Virus record (IMG/VR): IMGVR_UViG_3300028886_000036
Span: 128,001 to 192,000 of that record
From: a virus
Lineage: Duplodnaviria > Caudoviricetes
Length of the DNA: 64,000 nucleotides
Reading direction: 5' to 3' (one strand)
Shown here piece by piece: positions 9,327 through 19,299 of this stretch (within the stretch, counting starts at the first letter, position 1; each line of letters opens with the position of its first letter). A program made the translations under genes and the position numbers. The notes beneath the pieces are model-generated. The model was not told the origin of the DNA, made no database searches, and saw only the letters and a program-made list of their open reading frames with translations.

Positions 9327-9643
9327 ATATAACCATTATCGTAACTGTTTGGAACAGTAGCATTTGTAAAATCCCAACTTGTATCCCAATTATTTTTTAT
9401 GATATATTCCATAACATCTATATGCTTTAAATTCTGATGAGCATATATAGGGTCATAAGGGGTCTTTAAATGATTAATATACATTGAGTTTACTTTATCT
9501 ATAAACTCATTTTTTAGCCATTCTTTAGCTAGATAAAAAGAGTTATCGTTAAATGCTGAAGATACATGAGTCTGCGAAGTATAATACGTATTATTATTAG
9601 ATGGAAGTATACTATTAGCTATATCTTTATAATCGATGTCCAA
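9281..9643 (-). CDS. Hypothetical protein, paralog of 9673-9870
   Basis: YIIKNNWDTSWD...YICTSSNGTLPRRRR. Confidence 0.55.
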   Translation of the reverse strand: MDIDYKDIANSILPSNNNTYYTSQTHVSSAFNDNSFYLAKEWLKNEFIDKVNSMYINHLKTPYDPIYAHQNLKHIDVMEYIIKNNWDTSWDFTNATVPNSYDNGYICTSSNGTLPRRRRH

Positions 9644-9672
9644 CTAAACCACCCTCACGAGATCCTTATTCA

Positions 9673-9870
9673 TTAGCATCTCCTCCTTACAGGTTGAACT
9701 CCATTAGCCGATGTGCATACATACCAGGAGTCAGCACAATAACCAGTACTAGCTGTCTGAATATCCCAAATAAGATTAAAGTTGCTTTTAATAATATATT
9801 TTACAACTGAAGAGCACTTTATATCGCTCGGAGGATATCTAGGTATACAAATATCAGATTTAATATACAT
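9673..9870 (-). CDS. Hypothetical protein, truncated/split paralog of 9281-9643
   Basis: YIIKSNFNLIWD...YVCTSANGVQPVRRR. Confidence 0.45.
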   Translation of the reverse strand: MYIKSDICIPRYPPSDIKCSSVVKYIIKSNFNLIWDIQTASTGYCADSWYVCTSANGVQPVRRRC

Positions 9871-9974
9871 ATTATTAAAGATTATTTTGATCTAAATAGT
9901 AATAATCATACACGCTAATACCATCTTGAGTCTCAGAGTTCATTATACTCTTATACTCAGTAGTATCTACATCA

Positions 9975-10754
9975 CTAACTTTTTTGTGGATCCTCCTTAG
10001 AGGCTTCTTTGTATTCTGCTCCATTTTCACTAACAGGCTCCTCCTTATTAAGTTCTTCAGAAACGCCAGTCGAACCAAAACCGCCTTCGCCTCTGTCTGT
10101 TTCTTCCTTGTCAACATCACCTTCAAGAATTCTAGCAGAAACAAATGGGGCAAAAACTAACTGAGCAATTCTATCGCCTTTTCTAATTTCAAAATCTTTA
10201 TCACTAAAATTAGCCAAGATAACACCAATTTCACCACGATATCCACTATCAATAGTTCCTGGAGTATTAAGTACAGTAATTCCGTGCTTAAGAGCTAATC
10301 CAGATCTAGGTCTAACTTGAATCTCAAAACCTTCTGGGATTCTAACTCTCAAACCTGTATGAACAAGCTTATGACCTCTAGCTGGAATTGTAATTTTCTC
10401 AATAGATCTAATATCCATTCCAGCATCGCCTGGATGTGCATACTCTGGAAGATCTGCAGTAGGATCGATCTTTTGAAAAACTAATTTAGGCGTACTAAGA
10501 ATACTATCTCCATCTCCACCACCAAACATCTTGAAAAGATTCTGAAGTTCATCTAATCCAGCCATATCCTCTGGATTAAACTCCTCATCTCCAATAGTAC
10601 CATCTTCATTAGTGAAAATATCTTCAAGTTCTTCTTCATTAGGTTTTGGAACACTATCAAACACCTTTTTAAGCTCTGGGTTATTTTCTATTGTTTCATC
10701 CAACTTACTACCCATTGTCTCAATATTAGAATTGTTTTCGTTAACTTCACTCAT
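9975..10754 (-). CDS. dut: Trimeric dUTPase with acidic N-terminal extension
   Basis: Motifs AGMDI, RPRSGLA, GTIDSGYRGEI, DRIAQL, RGEGGFGSTG. Confidence 0.95.
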   Translation of the reverse strand: MSEVNENNSNIETMGSKLDETIENNPELKKVFDSVPKPNEEELEDIFTNEDGTIGDEEFNPEDMAGLDELQNLFKMFGGGDGDSILSTPKLVFQKIDPTADLPEYAHPGDAGMDIRSIEKITIPARGHKLVHTGLRVRIPEGFEIQVRPRSGLALKHGITVLNTPGTIDSGYRGEIGVILANFSDKDFEIRKGDRIAQLVFAPFVSARILEGDVDKEETDRGEGGFGSTGVSEELNKEEPVSENGAEYKEASKEDPQKS

Positions 10755-10874
10755 AACTAAACTCCTCCTAAAATTTTAAAGATTAAGGAACAAATTAAAA
10801 ACTATTAAACATCACATTAATATGCGATATTTACTCCATTTACCCTTGCGGGAAGGAGCAATTCCAATGATGTT

Positions 10875-10902
10875 ATTATACATCATTATTCTTAAATGTC
10901 AA
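10875..10902 (-). promoter_or_regulatory. Host sigmaA/70-type promoter for the dut operon
   Basis: TTGACA-16nt-TATAAT on minus strand. Confidence 0.75.
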
Positions 10903-11080
10903 TAGTTTAAGTTCAATAGTCTATCACAATATTTAATTACAGTATTAATTACAATAATAACTACAATAAGACAGACTGACAGACTTAACTGACAGAACTG
11001 TTTGGTACTTAATTACAATAAGTGTTACTTAATTACAATAGTTTGGTTCTATTTAGGTACTGAAAAGGAGAATTACAATA
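10899..11080. repeat. Array of AATTACAATA-like direct repeats in non-coding DNA
   Basis: Copies at 10935, 10947, 10959 (12-bp period) and 11011, 11031, 11071 (20/40-bp spacing). Confidence 0.7.
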
Positions 11081-11081
11081 T

Positions 11082-11098
11082 TAGTATATATTTACAAA
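11082..11098 (-). promoter_or_regulatory. Putative phage-RNAP promoter motif
   Basis: TTTGTAAATATATACTA; near-identical copies at 20482, 39803, 40508, 52777. Confidence 0.65.
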
Positions 11099-11133
11099 AA
11101 TTGAGATGGACTAATATCTAGCCCATCTCAATT
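11099..11133 (-). terminator. Intrinsic terminator abutting the promoter motif
   Basis: aattgagatgg...ccatctcaatt stem; T-tract on minus strand. Confidence 0.75.
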
Positions 11134-11138
11134 AAGCT

Positions 11139-11528
11139 TTACCAGCGTTTATATCTCCAATTACATCCAACATACTTATTAATACAGTTTCTCAGTTTAG
11201 AGATAAACGCAAAATATGAGCATTCATGATATCTACCTTCATCACATACGACTAATTCACAATCTCTACAGCTAGTCATTATACACTTATTTCTTAAATT
11301 TCTAAATAAGGGGTACACTATTGCAATCTTGTTATACATAAACGAATTTAAACTTGATAACCAAGTTGGTTTTACTATGATCTTACATCTATAGTATGGA
11401 TCTTTAAGTGGGCATTTAGGAGTACATCTAGATTGCCCCAAACAAATATTTTGAATAAATATTGTAAATGCTATCAAATCAGGTTGTCTAGGTTTGTTTG
11501 GTTTATTGGATTGAATCATTTTCTTCAC
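11139..11528 (-). CDS. Small Cys-rich protein (two Cys4 modules)
   Basis: NICLGQSRCTPKCPL...C and KCIMTSCRDCEL...CSY. Confidence 0.7.
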   Translation of the reverse strand: MKKMIQSNKPNKPRQPDLIAFTIFIQNICLGQSRCTPKCPLKDPYYRCKIIVKPTWLSSLNSFMYNKIAIVYPLFRNLRNKCIMTSCRDCELVVCDEGRYHECSYFAFISKLRNCINKYVGCNWRYKRW

Positions 11529-11907
11529 CCTTTTTTAACTTGATAAATTCCTCTTCAATTGCTTCTAGTTCTGGAGTTGACATTCGATATCTGTAAATAG
11601 TTCTTACTATGCCAAACTCAGATTGTGGTATTAAGAAGTCTTTCTTATTATCAGTGCCTTTAAACCAGTATATTAGGCCGTGCTCTTTGTCAAATGTTTT
11701 CCCAAGATAATGAGTAGCTTTGTACTCATCTGTTAGGCATTTAGTTATAGACATCGAAGCTTCAAACCTATCCAACTTCTTGTTTACACGTTGCCTATAT
11801 CTTCTAATACTATGATTAGTGATATAGAAGTTATCTGAAATTTTTTCTTTAACACGATCTCTTTCATATAGAATTTTACTTACTTCAGCATCCTGCTTCT
11901 CCTTCAT
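11503..11907 (-). CDS. Hypothetical protein with HxxxRxxxR motif (possible RelE/BECR-like RNase fold)
   Basis: GGAGGA RBS before MKEKQD; FYITNHSIRRYRQRV...VRTIY. Confidence 0.4.
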   Translation of the reverse strand: MKEKQDAEVSKILYERDRVKEKISDNFYITNHSIRRYRQRVNKKLDRFEASMSITKCLTDEYKATHYLGKTFDKEHGLIYWFKGTDNKKDFLIPQSEFGIVRTIYRYRMSTPELEAIEEEFIKLKKGEENDSIQ

Positions 11908-12172
11908 ATTTCCTCCGACTATTATATTTCTCCCACATAGTTGCAAATATACAGTCTTCTGTATTACTAAGTAACTCGCAATCTGAACACGTAAGTAACG
12001 TATCACATATATCCACAATCGGACTATCTACTTTTTTATAGAGTCTACATGGTATTACAAAGTCATACTCTCTACAATATAAATCACATTTATCACAAGA
12101 TCTTTTAGTTAAGCACAAGTTTAACATCTGGATTATTAACAAGTTTGCTAAAGATTTCTTGGTATCCTGCAT
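11885..12172 (-). CDS. Small Cys-rich protein (two Cys4 modules)
   Basis: NLCLTKRSCDKCDL...C and ICDTLLTCSDCEL...CIF. Confidence 0.7.
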   Translation of the reverse strand: MQDTKKSLANLLIIQMLNLCLTKRSCDKCDLYCREYDFVIPCRLYKKVDSPIVDICDTLLTCSDCELLSNTEDCIFATMWEKYNSRRKYEGEAGC

Positions 12173-12435
12173 ATTATTTTACAGAAATAACATAAACCTC
12201 CTTTAGAAAATTTATCAAGTATACAATCTCTACAATCTGTAAAACTACAAAGTTTTATTACGGGATTATCTTCGAGTATAGTGCCTTCTAAATCTACGGG
12301 AGCTATAGAATCTCCATATTCAAATATGCACTCGTTCCTAAACTTACAAGTTCCACAATACTCGTAAGAATAACAAGTATTTGTAGCTTGAATATACAAC
12401 AAATTACAGCTAGCATTAAGTTCGTTAACTGTCAT
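12148..12435 (-). CDS. Small Cys-rich protein (two Cys4 modules)
   Basis: NTCYSYEYCGTCKFRNECIF and LCSFTDCRDCIL...CYF. Confidence 0.7.
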   Translation of the reverse strand: MTVNELNASCNLLYIQATNTCYSYEYCGTCKFRNECIFEYGDSIAPVDLEGTILEDNPVIKLCSFTDCRDCILDKFSKGGLCYFCKIICRIPRNL

Positions 12436-14402
12436 TTGTTTAAATTGATAACCACACTATTACTGCCAATTATATTATCATCATGAGTGCTTACAAAACA
12501 CTGTGACGCTGCACCCATATGTGAAAGTAACTTCGCAATATCATTCTTACGATCATCATCTAAGAATGTAGTTGGCTCATCGACTAGCATAATAGGAACA
12601 CACTCCCCCATAATTTTTAATAATGCTAATCTAAGAGACAATCCAACTGCTACCATTTGGGCTCCTGATAACTGCTCAAATCTCTTATCTCCAACAGTTA
12701 TTAGAACTTTAGACCAATCTATCTTAATCTCACCCAAACCAGAGAAACTAAACAGATCATAAAACTCTTTATTTAATACAGCTACTACTGGATTAAACAA
12801 AGTTTGTCTAAGTCTATTTGGCACCTCAGAAAATATGTCTTTCCAATGCTGTATAGCTTTTATCTTATCATAAATCTCATTCTGCTTAACCATAAGATTA
12901 TCGATAGTAGATTTGGATTGATTATACATATCGAGATGCTTCTTACACAAATCAACCATACTAATCAAATGATCAAGATTTCTCAAGTTGGAGATTTCTT
13001 CCAAGCTAGGGACACCAGAAAGCTCATTAGACAATCTTTTAAACTCAGAATAGTTTGGCATCATAGACTTTTTAATATTTTCAAAGATAGATATCTGTGA
13101 TTCATAATAACTCCAAGCTTTTTGGACCCTATCAAATTCTTCATTGGTTACTTCAGATGGAGAATCCTTACAAAGTGCTTTAAGGCTATCAATTTTAGAA
13201 TCTATTTCAGATAATTTATTTTCAATAGCTTCCTTAGCTGATAGACCAGTTGCTCTAACATACATAACAACTTCTTTATAAGGATTCAATTCTTTAACTA
13301 GATAAGCTACTCTTTGCTTTAACTTTAACAATTCATTAGCATCAATATCGTCAAGTTTATGATACTCTTTCATTAACTGAATTGCTTCTTCATTATCTGA
13401 TATTTTATCTTCATTAGTGATGTAGTAGAAGATGGAATCCTTTATATCTTTGATGTGTTTTAACTCTTCTTCAGTATGACCTACTCTCGGAAGTTTTATG
13501 TTAATGTATTCATCAATTAGATCAGTCACATTGCATGACTTGAATCTTTCAGCTTCTTCAGATAATGAGTTAATTTCAGTAAGATTCCTTTGGTATGCTT
13601 CGTACTGAACTTGCTGTGCTCGTAAATCGGCTATAGTTTTTTCCGGCTTAACAAGAGTATCAACTAAAGCTTTAGCCTCATCATATCTTTTTTTCTGATC
13701 ACGCAATATAGCTTTTAATGAGGCAAGTTTATTATGCATTTCTTCAAATCTATTTAAAGAACTATTACTAAGATGAGGAAGATCGTTAAGTTTATTAAGT
13801 TTAGAAGAGTAGTCACTGTATTCAGATATTAACTCATCATACTTAATAGAATTCATAAGATCTCTATTGTGCATAATATCATTATCAATATCTGATAATT
13901 CAGACTCATATTGTTTAACCATTCTAGTAAGTTCAGTATTACCATCACTTATTCTCTTTGAATCTATTATCAAAGAAATAAGTTTATCTACTACAGCCTT
14001 ACCATTGCCAGAGAGGAAGATATCAGCAATTTCTCCCTGTCTGACATAAGACAAATTGTATAAGAGGGCTGGATCAAAGGAAAGATGATCATATACATCT
14101 TTTACTTTTTTAAATACAGATCCATTAGGCAGTTTTAATTTTGCACCCTTGCATGTGCGCCCAATTTTAGTCCCGTCATCCAACTCTAACACAATTAAAA
14201 AATCTTTATCGGCTGGGCCTATGTATGCATCATTAGTAATACCTTTAGCCACCTTACCAGTTAACGCTAGAGATATGGCTTGCAGAATGGTAGTTTTTCC
14301 ACTACCATTCTGCCCAAGTATAAAGACATTCTTATTATTACTGCAATCAATGTTTAAATCTTGGATTTTTCCAAAGTTATGTATTTGTATTGTTTTGATC
14401 AC
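12432..14402 (-). CDS. sbcC: SbcC/Rad50-like SMC ATPase
   Basis: GQNGSGKTT Walker A, VRQGEI Q-loop, coiled coil, LSGAQ signature, VDEPT Walker B/D-loop, STHD. Confidence 0.9.
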   Translation of the reverse strand: MIKTIQIHNFGKIQDLNIDCSNNKNVFILGQNGSGKTTILQAISLALTGKVAKGITNDAYIGPADKDFLIVLELDDGTKIGRTCKGAKLKLPNGSVFKKVKDVYDHLSFDPALLYNLSYVRQGEIADIFLSGNGKAVVDKLISLIIDSKRISDGNTELTRMVKQYESELSDIDNDIMHNRDLMNSIKYDELISEYSDYSSKLNKLNDLPHLSNSSLNRFEEMHNKLASLKAILRDQKKRYDEAKALVDTLVKPEKTIADLRAQQVQYEAYQRNLTEINSLSEEAERFKSCNVTDLIDEYINIKLPRVGHTEEELKHIKDIKDSIFYYITNEDKISDNEEAIQLMKEYHKLDDIDANELLKLKQRVAYLVKELNPYKEVVMYVRATGLSAKEAIENKLSEIDSKIDSLKALCKDSPSEVTNEEFDRVQKAWSYYESQISIFENIKKSMMPNYSEFKRLSNELSGVPSLEEISNLRNLDHLISMVDLCKKHLDMYNQSKSTIDNLMVKQNEIYDKIKAIQHWKDIFSEVPNRLRQTLFNPVVAVLNKEFYDLFSFSGLGEIKIDWSKVLITVGDKRFEQLSGAQMVAVGLSLRLALLKIMGECVPIMLVDEPTTFLDDDRKNDIAKLLSHMGAASQCFVSTHDDNIIGSNSVVINLNK

Positions 14403-15057
14403 GGTTTCCTGAACATCTCCTTAAATAAGCTTTGTGCATTAATTCTTCTATCTTTAATTTAGTTCTTACTTCTTTTCTCCACTCTGGGCACGAATAATTT
14501 CTCGATGCGATCTTATCCTCAACCATGCTAAATACATTAGTACTAGTAGACTCATGTGTTACTAGCCTAATATAAACTGATGATCTGCCAATTGAGTGCT
14601 CTTCGCAATATTTAAAATACTGCTCAAACTTTGGTATATCCGAATATGTATCAATTCTCCCAAAGGTATAATGGTAATAATACCCACCAGTACTTATATT
14701 AGCAATAGCACGGTTTTTAAACATAGTATATAAACGCTTTATCGACGGGTACGACACTAATTCAAGATATAGATATTTATTTGTTAGAAAGTAATCTAGT
14801 CCTTTTGTTATAAAATCAGATTCTGTATGGGGTGGCTTTACAACAGAACCTGTTCTAAAGTACCATCCATATTTTATAGTTTCCTCGCCATTCTCAACAA
14901 TAATTTTATTATAGTATCTTTTTAGAGTTTTTTCAATGTAGTCATTTACAACATTGATATCCTCTGTAACAAATTTATAATCAGTTGAATCTCCACCGAT
15001 GTTAGTTATAACTTCATACGCTGGCATCATCATTCTCCTCGTTGATAAGCTTATCAA
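14377..15057 (-). CDS. Hypothetical protein
   Basis: Long ORF in operon. Confidence 0.55.
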   Translation of the reverse strand: MISLSTRRMMMPAYEVITNIGGDSTDYKFVTEDINVVNDYIEKTLKRYYNKIIVENGEETIKYGWYFRTGSVVKPPHTESDFITKGLDYFLTNKYLYLELVSYPSIKRLYTMFKNRAIANISTGGYYYHYTFGRIDTYSDIPKFEQYFKYCEEHSIGRSSVYIRLVTHESTSTNVFSMVEDKIASRNYSCPEWRKEVRTKLKIEELMHKAYLRRCSGNRDQNNTNT

Positions 15058-15109
15058 TATCTTCTTTATTTACTGGTTCACTATCAAGTTTTAATATGAG
15101 TTATGTATC

Positions 15110-15463
15110 TTAACTGTTTTTATCACACATACCATTCTCCTTTTTTACATTTTTAATGAAAGCCTCAAGATCTTCTTTAGAATAGATCTTACCATCAATT
15201 CTAAGATTATATGATCCAAGATCCATATCGCTAAGAACTTTTTCTAGTACTCTCAAACGCTCTTCTAATGTAGCTTCTTCTGGGAAAGTGTAACGAATAG
15301 TATTACTAAAGAAATTACTATATCCTTTATAATACTCGTTATTATCCTCGTCGCTAGATTCATAAAAATACTTACTAGCTACACAACTATTTATACACAT
15401 GCAAATTGCAATTACACTAATTGTAGCAGCTAGGCAAATGCTAATGATTGCATCAGTTGACAT
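15110..15463 (-). CDS. Hypothetical protein with N-terminal TM anchor
   Basis: Hydrophobic N-terminus. Confidence 0.55.
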   Translation of the reverse strand: MSTDAIISICLAATISVIAICMCINSCVASKYFYESSDEDNNEYYKGYSNFFSNTIRYTFPEEATLEERLRVLEKVLSDMDLGSYNLRIDGKIYSKEDLEAFIKNVKKENGMCDKNS

Positions 15464-16632
15464 TAAAAGTCATCCTCCTTATCAATAAGACCTTCCATCT
15501 CTGCATTCAAATCAACTTCGCTGATCTGGTTTGTCCTATCAACAACAGGAATCTTAATACCACTAATCACATCAAGAACTTCAATTTCACCTTTTGCAAA
15601 CATCTTCAATTTCATCCTTTCATCATCTGATAATTCTGGGAACATTAACCCAAATATCTTATCTTGGTTAACACTCTTAATTTCGACGCTATCCAAATCC
15701 AATTCTTCAGAAGTACCCTCAGTTAAGTTAACTGGTTTATACTTTAAGAAGACATTGGGTTTGGTTATGGCGACTGCTTCGCTAGATACTATGAGATACA
15801 TTTTATCATCATCGATAGCTTCCTCCTCACTGTCTATTAAAATTGGTTTCATTTCTGGGTAAGTATGTCTATTAATACTACCAGTTTCTGGGTTTACTTC
15901 AACGTATGACGGGATACAGTTTTTACTGTATAACTCATCCACATTGAACATATAACTTGACCCAGTAGTATGAAACCTGCCACGATCATAGCAAATGTGA
16001 CAATCTCCAGCGATAATAACATCATATGGATCAAATACATGCGCATCCTCCTCTACTATTCCTGCGAACTTATTTTGGTCTATAGTAGTAAAATGACTAA
16101 CTAAAATTTTATTTCCTTTGAAGTTATCATTTTCAACTAATTCTTTTACTTCCAATAGATCAGCTAATAACATCCCAGAGTAAGGAATTAAGTAAAGTCT
16201 TGTATTAGCTTCAGTATAACTATTATAGCTAATGAAGAAATCCCTTCGTAACTCTTCAATAATAGTGTAGCTTTCAGCTGCATAAAGACTTTTCTCATAT
16301 TCTTCCTTGAAAATACTCGCTGGACAAACTCCGTCGATGCTAATCCTGTCATGATTTCCAGGAATAAGTATAAAACGAATTTCATTAGGATTGTTAATCC
16401 TAATGCTATTAAGAGTATCCTTAACCCATAAGAGATCATTTGGCCTAGGATTGTCGCTATCCCAAAGATCTCCAGCAAACACGTATGTGATAGCATCATG
16501 ATCACCAAACCTCTCTCTATGAGTTTTAGCTATATCCTTAACAATGTATGCCCAAGAGTCTCTAATCTTTTGGGCATACATTTTATTCCTACGATTAGCT
16601 CCAATATGACAATCTCCCATAATATAAATCAT
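15463..16632 (-). CDS. sbcD: SbcD/Mre11-like metallophosphoesterase nuclease
   Basis: DCHIG, AGDLWD, PGNHD, SH, GDCH motifs; near sbcC. Confidence 0.85.
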   Translation of the reverse strand: MIYIMGDCHIGANRRNKMYAQKIRDSWAYIVKDIAKTHRERFGDHDAITYVFAGDLWDSDNPRPNDLLWVKDTLNSIRINNPNEIRFILIPGNHDRISIDGVCPASIFKEEYEKSLYAAESYTIIEELRRDFFISYNSYTEANTRLYLIPYSGMLLADLLEVKELVENDNFKGNKILVSHFTTIDQNKFAGIVEEDAHVFDPYDVIIAGDCHICYDRGRFHTTGSSYMFNVDELYSKNCIPSYVEVNPETGSINRHTYPEMKPILIDSEEEAIDDDKMYLIVSSEAVAITKPNVFLKYKPVNLTEGTSEELDLDSVEIKSVNQDKIFGLMFPELSDDERMKLKMFAKGEIEVLDVISGIKIPVVDRTNQISEVDLNAEMEGLIDKEDDF

Positions 16633-16685
16633 GTTCTAATAGCCTCCTTATGTTTTTATTATAGATTATATCATAGTTACTCATA

Positions 16686-17048
16686 TTAGTCTAGCCCTTC
16701 TTGGTTACACAATTTTAAAAAAAGATTACGTTCTTTCCAGAAGGTTACATTACATTTGTTTAGCTTATGGTTATAGAGTGGACAGGTTTGACAGTCATCT
16801 TTGAACTGATTATGAATTACACCTGCTTCTCTAACTGCATCAGCTTTTTTATCAAGAAGTGGTTTCTCATCAAATGAAATATTTTTAACCCAATCGTCCA
16901 TACTATAAACGAGTGCTGCACACTCGAAAGTGTGCAGCACTTTGATATTGAGCTTACATCCTTGGCATTTACCCGCACAAGGATAACTCAAAATGTCCTT
17001 TATATCTTTAGTTCTCATCGTCGGATACATCAGGATTTTCAAGTTCAA
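16686..17048 (-). CDS. Small Cys-rich protein, divergent family member
   Basis: PCAGKCQGCKL...C and H...CQTCPL...C. Confidence 0.55.
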   Translation of the reverse strand: MNLKILMYPTMRTKDIKDILSYPCAGKCQGCKLNIKVLHTFECAALVYSMDDWVKNISFDEKPLLDKKADAVREAGVIHNQFKDDCQTCPLYNHKLNKCNVTFWKERNLFLKLCNQEGLD

Positions 17049-18543
17049 TTAATTTAACATTTTTACAATCAACAAATTTATCTTTATATTGCTCGACTTT
17101 TGATCCACCGGCGAGACCTATAATAATCTGATGGTTTTTAGATAGTTCTCTAATAGTATCAAAATCACGCTCTGGAGTATACAAATCTGTCAAGAAAACG
17201 ATAAGATTAGTTCTGCCTTTTTCAGCAGTCATAATCATTCCTTCTGACAAATCAGTTCCTCCGCCACTAGGAATTTCAAGCGACCTCAATTTACTGGTAG
17301 TAATGTTCTTATAGTCCTGCACAAAATCAGTATCCCACAAGAGCATATACTTTACTTTACCAATAAAGGAACAAATTTTCGAGATATTTCTAATAGCGTT
17401 AACGATATCATCTGACATAGACCCAGATACATCAACCATAACAGAAACATCTTGATAAGCATCCCTTCTACTGCCAGGGCAAATCTCACCAAATCTTCTG
17501 TTAGGTCTAATCCAAGTCCTCTGACGATAGGCGGTCTTATTACAGACTCCACCTGTAAACTTACCAATAATCCTTTCCCATTCAGACTTAAGCTTCTGAG
17601 GTTTTGGAAGTTTTAGCTTAATTATCTTATTGAGCTGGTGATTGTTGCCAAACATCTTTGCAGAAGATTCTCCAACAGCTTTTTCAAAATCTTGAAGAAC
17701 CTTATTAACTGCATTATCAATTTGTTCACTATCACCAATACTAGGATTCATCCCAGTGTTGTTAGGATCACTATCAGGATTATTTCCATTCTCAACAGTA
17801 GTTGCTGATGAATTACTATTACCCTGACCATCTCCAGCACTACCGATCCCAATACTAGGCGGATCTTTAATATTTGCCTCCATCCATTTATACAGATCTT
17901 GCCAAATATTATGATCAGCTTTCTTTAGGAAACCACTAATATATTTTCCAATATCTGCAGAGTCCTCAATTTCTGGAATTTCGTTATCTTCCGGTTCTTC
18001 AGGTTCTTCAGGTTGAGGATTAGCAGCGGCTTTCTCTGCAGCTTCCCTGAGCTTTTTAGCAATTTCAGACAGTCGCTTCAGAATTTCTTCCTTTGAATTA
18101 TGCTGATTTTGTTCTTCAACATATTCAGTAACTGTCATACTATTATACTTCATAAACTCTGGGAAGGTAAACAAATATGAATTAATCTGGGCATCCATTG
18201 CAACATTCTTAAGTTCATGATTAGGATATTTCTTTCCTGTATAGCTCATATGCCTGAAGATAATATGACAAGCTTCATGACTAAGCAGAAAAGAAAGATA
18301 ATTTATCCTATCATCAAAGTCTTTAACTTTACTTACAATATCTTCATTAAAGTAAATCGCAAGGTAATTGTTGACCCAACGAACATATGCGATACTTCCT
18401 TTCATATATTCGTTGGGTCTAGCAAATACGGGAATCCTTGCGAGGACATAATAGATAAAGAGTTTGAAATAGTCAGTTTTAAAACTAGTAACAGCTCTAT
18501 CTCTAATCCTACGGATTGCTTCGTCTGCTAGACCCAGATTCAT
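17008..18543 (-). CDS. DUF2201-type metallopeptidase (HExxH) + VWA domain protein
   Basis: SHEACHI, NVAMDAQIN, TWIRPNRR, VDVSGSM MIDAS, GGGTD, FLTD. Confidence 0.85.
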   Translation of the reverse strand: MNLGLADEAIRRIRDRAVTSFKTDYFKLFIYYVLARIPVFARPNEYMKGSIAYVRWVNNYLAIYFNEDIVSKVKDFDDRINYLSFLLSHEACHIIFRHMSYTGKKYPNHELKNVAMDAQINSYLFTFPEFMKYNSMTVTEYVEEQNQHNSKEEILKRLSEIAKKLREAAEKAAANPQPEEPEEPEDNEIPEIEDSADIGKYISGFLKKADHNIWQDLYKWMEANIKDPPSIGIGSAGDGQGNSNSSATTVENGNNPDSDPNNTGMNPSIGDSEQIDNAVNKVLQDFEKAVGESSAKMFGNNHQLNKIIKLKLPKPQKLKSEWERIIGKFTGGVCNKTAYRQRTWIRPNRRFGEICPGSRRDAYQDVSVMVDVSGSMSDDIVNAIRNISKICSFIGKVKYMLLWDTDFVQDYKNITTSKLRSLEIPSGGGTDLSEGMIMTAEKGRTNLIVFLTDLYTPERDFDTIRELSKNHQIIIGLAGGSKVEQYKDKFVDCKNVKLIELENPDVSDDEN

Positions 18544-18558
18544 TCTATCTTCTCCTAC

Positions 18559-19299
18559 TTACTTCTTAAAGTTCTTAGGGAATTTGTACTTATCAGCTTG
18601 CTCAAAATCAAATGTCTTGATGATATCAAAGTTATCATCGTAAACATCGATCTGAGGAGAACCATTCTCCATATTCATCTTAGCTGCGAAAGTATAGAAG
18701 AAGATATGTTCCTCACCCTGAGGATCGGTTTCAATAACACAATTACTATACTCAACAAAGTTAAACGGATATTCAGAACTATGCTTGTTCATAATATTTC
18801 TTGTAAACTTCCAGGCTTCTTTCAGAAGATGGACAAGACAACGACTATCATGAACAACCTGAATATCGTTAATCATTTCATCCTGAAGCATACGATTAAC
18901 GAAATCCAATTCATACGACTTATCTTCACAATAACAGATAACATTAGCGTCTCTGATAACATCCTGAACATCAGAGAAGCAATGATAGAATTCATCCCTG
19001 AACTCTTTATTCTCCTCTGTTTCAGTAAACAAGTTGTCACAGATACGAGTCATCTTAGCAGAACTTGAGACAGGATTACTCACCAACGCAAAGAAGTGCG
19101 CGTTGGGAATCAAATGAGTATATACTGCCTTTACAATTTTATCAAGATTACCGAGGCCGGACTTATTAGCAGGAAGAGCATTATTAAAATCATCAATAAA
19201 CTTATCATCAATAACCATAATTCCAGCATAACCAGGCATAAGAATACCACGATAATTGTACGTCATACTAGTTGTCCTCCTCTTCGTCATTGGACGCAT
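18559..19299 (-). CDS. Hypothetical protein within the MoxR-VWA module
   Basis: ORF between AAA+ and VWA genes. Confidence 0.55.
   Translation of the reverse strand: MRPMTKRRTTSMTYNYRGILMPGYAGIMVIDDKFIDDFNNALPANKSGLGNLDKIVKAVYTHLIPNAHFFALVSNPVSSSAKMTRICDNLFTETEENKEFRDEFYHCFSDVQDVIRDANVICYCEDKSYELDFVNRMLQDEMINDIQVVHDSRCLVHLLKEAWKFTRNIMNKHSSEYPFNFVEYSNCVIETDPQGEEHIFFYTFAAKMNMENGSPQIDVYDDNFDIIKTFDFEQADKYKFPKNFKK

Noticed and set aside
10899-11080. CRISPR mini-array
   Set aside because: Repeats are only 10-15 nt with 2-30 nt gaps; no repeat-spacer geometry and no cas genes
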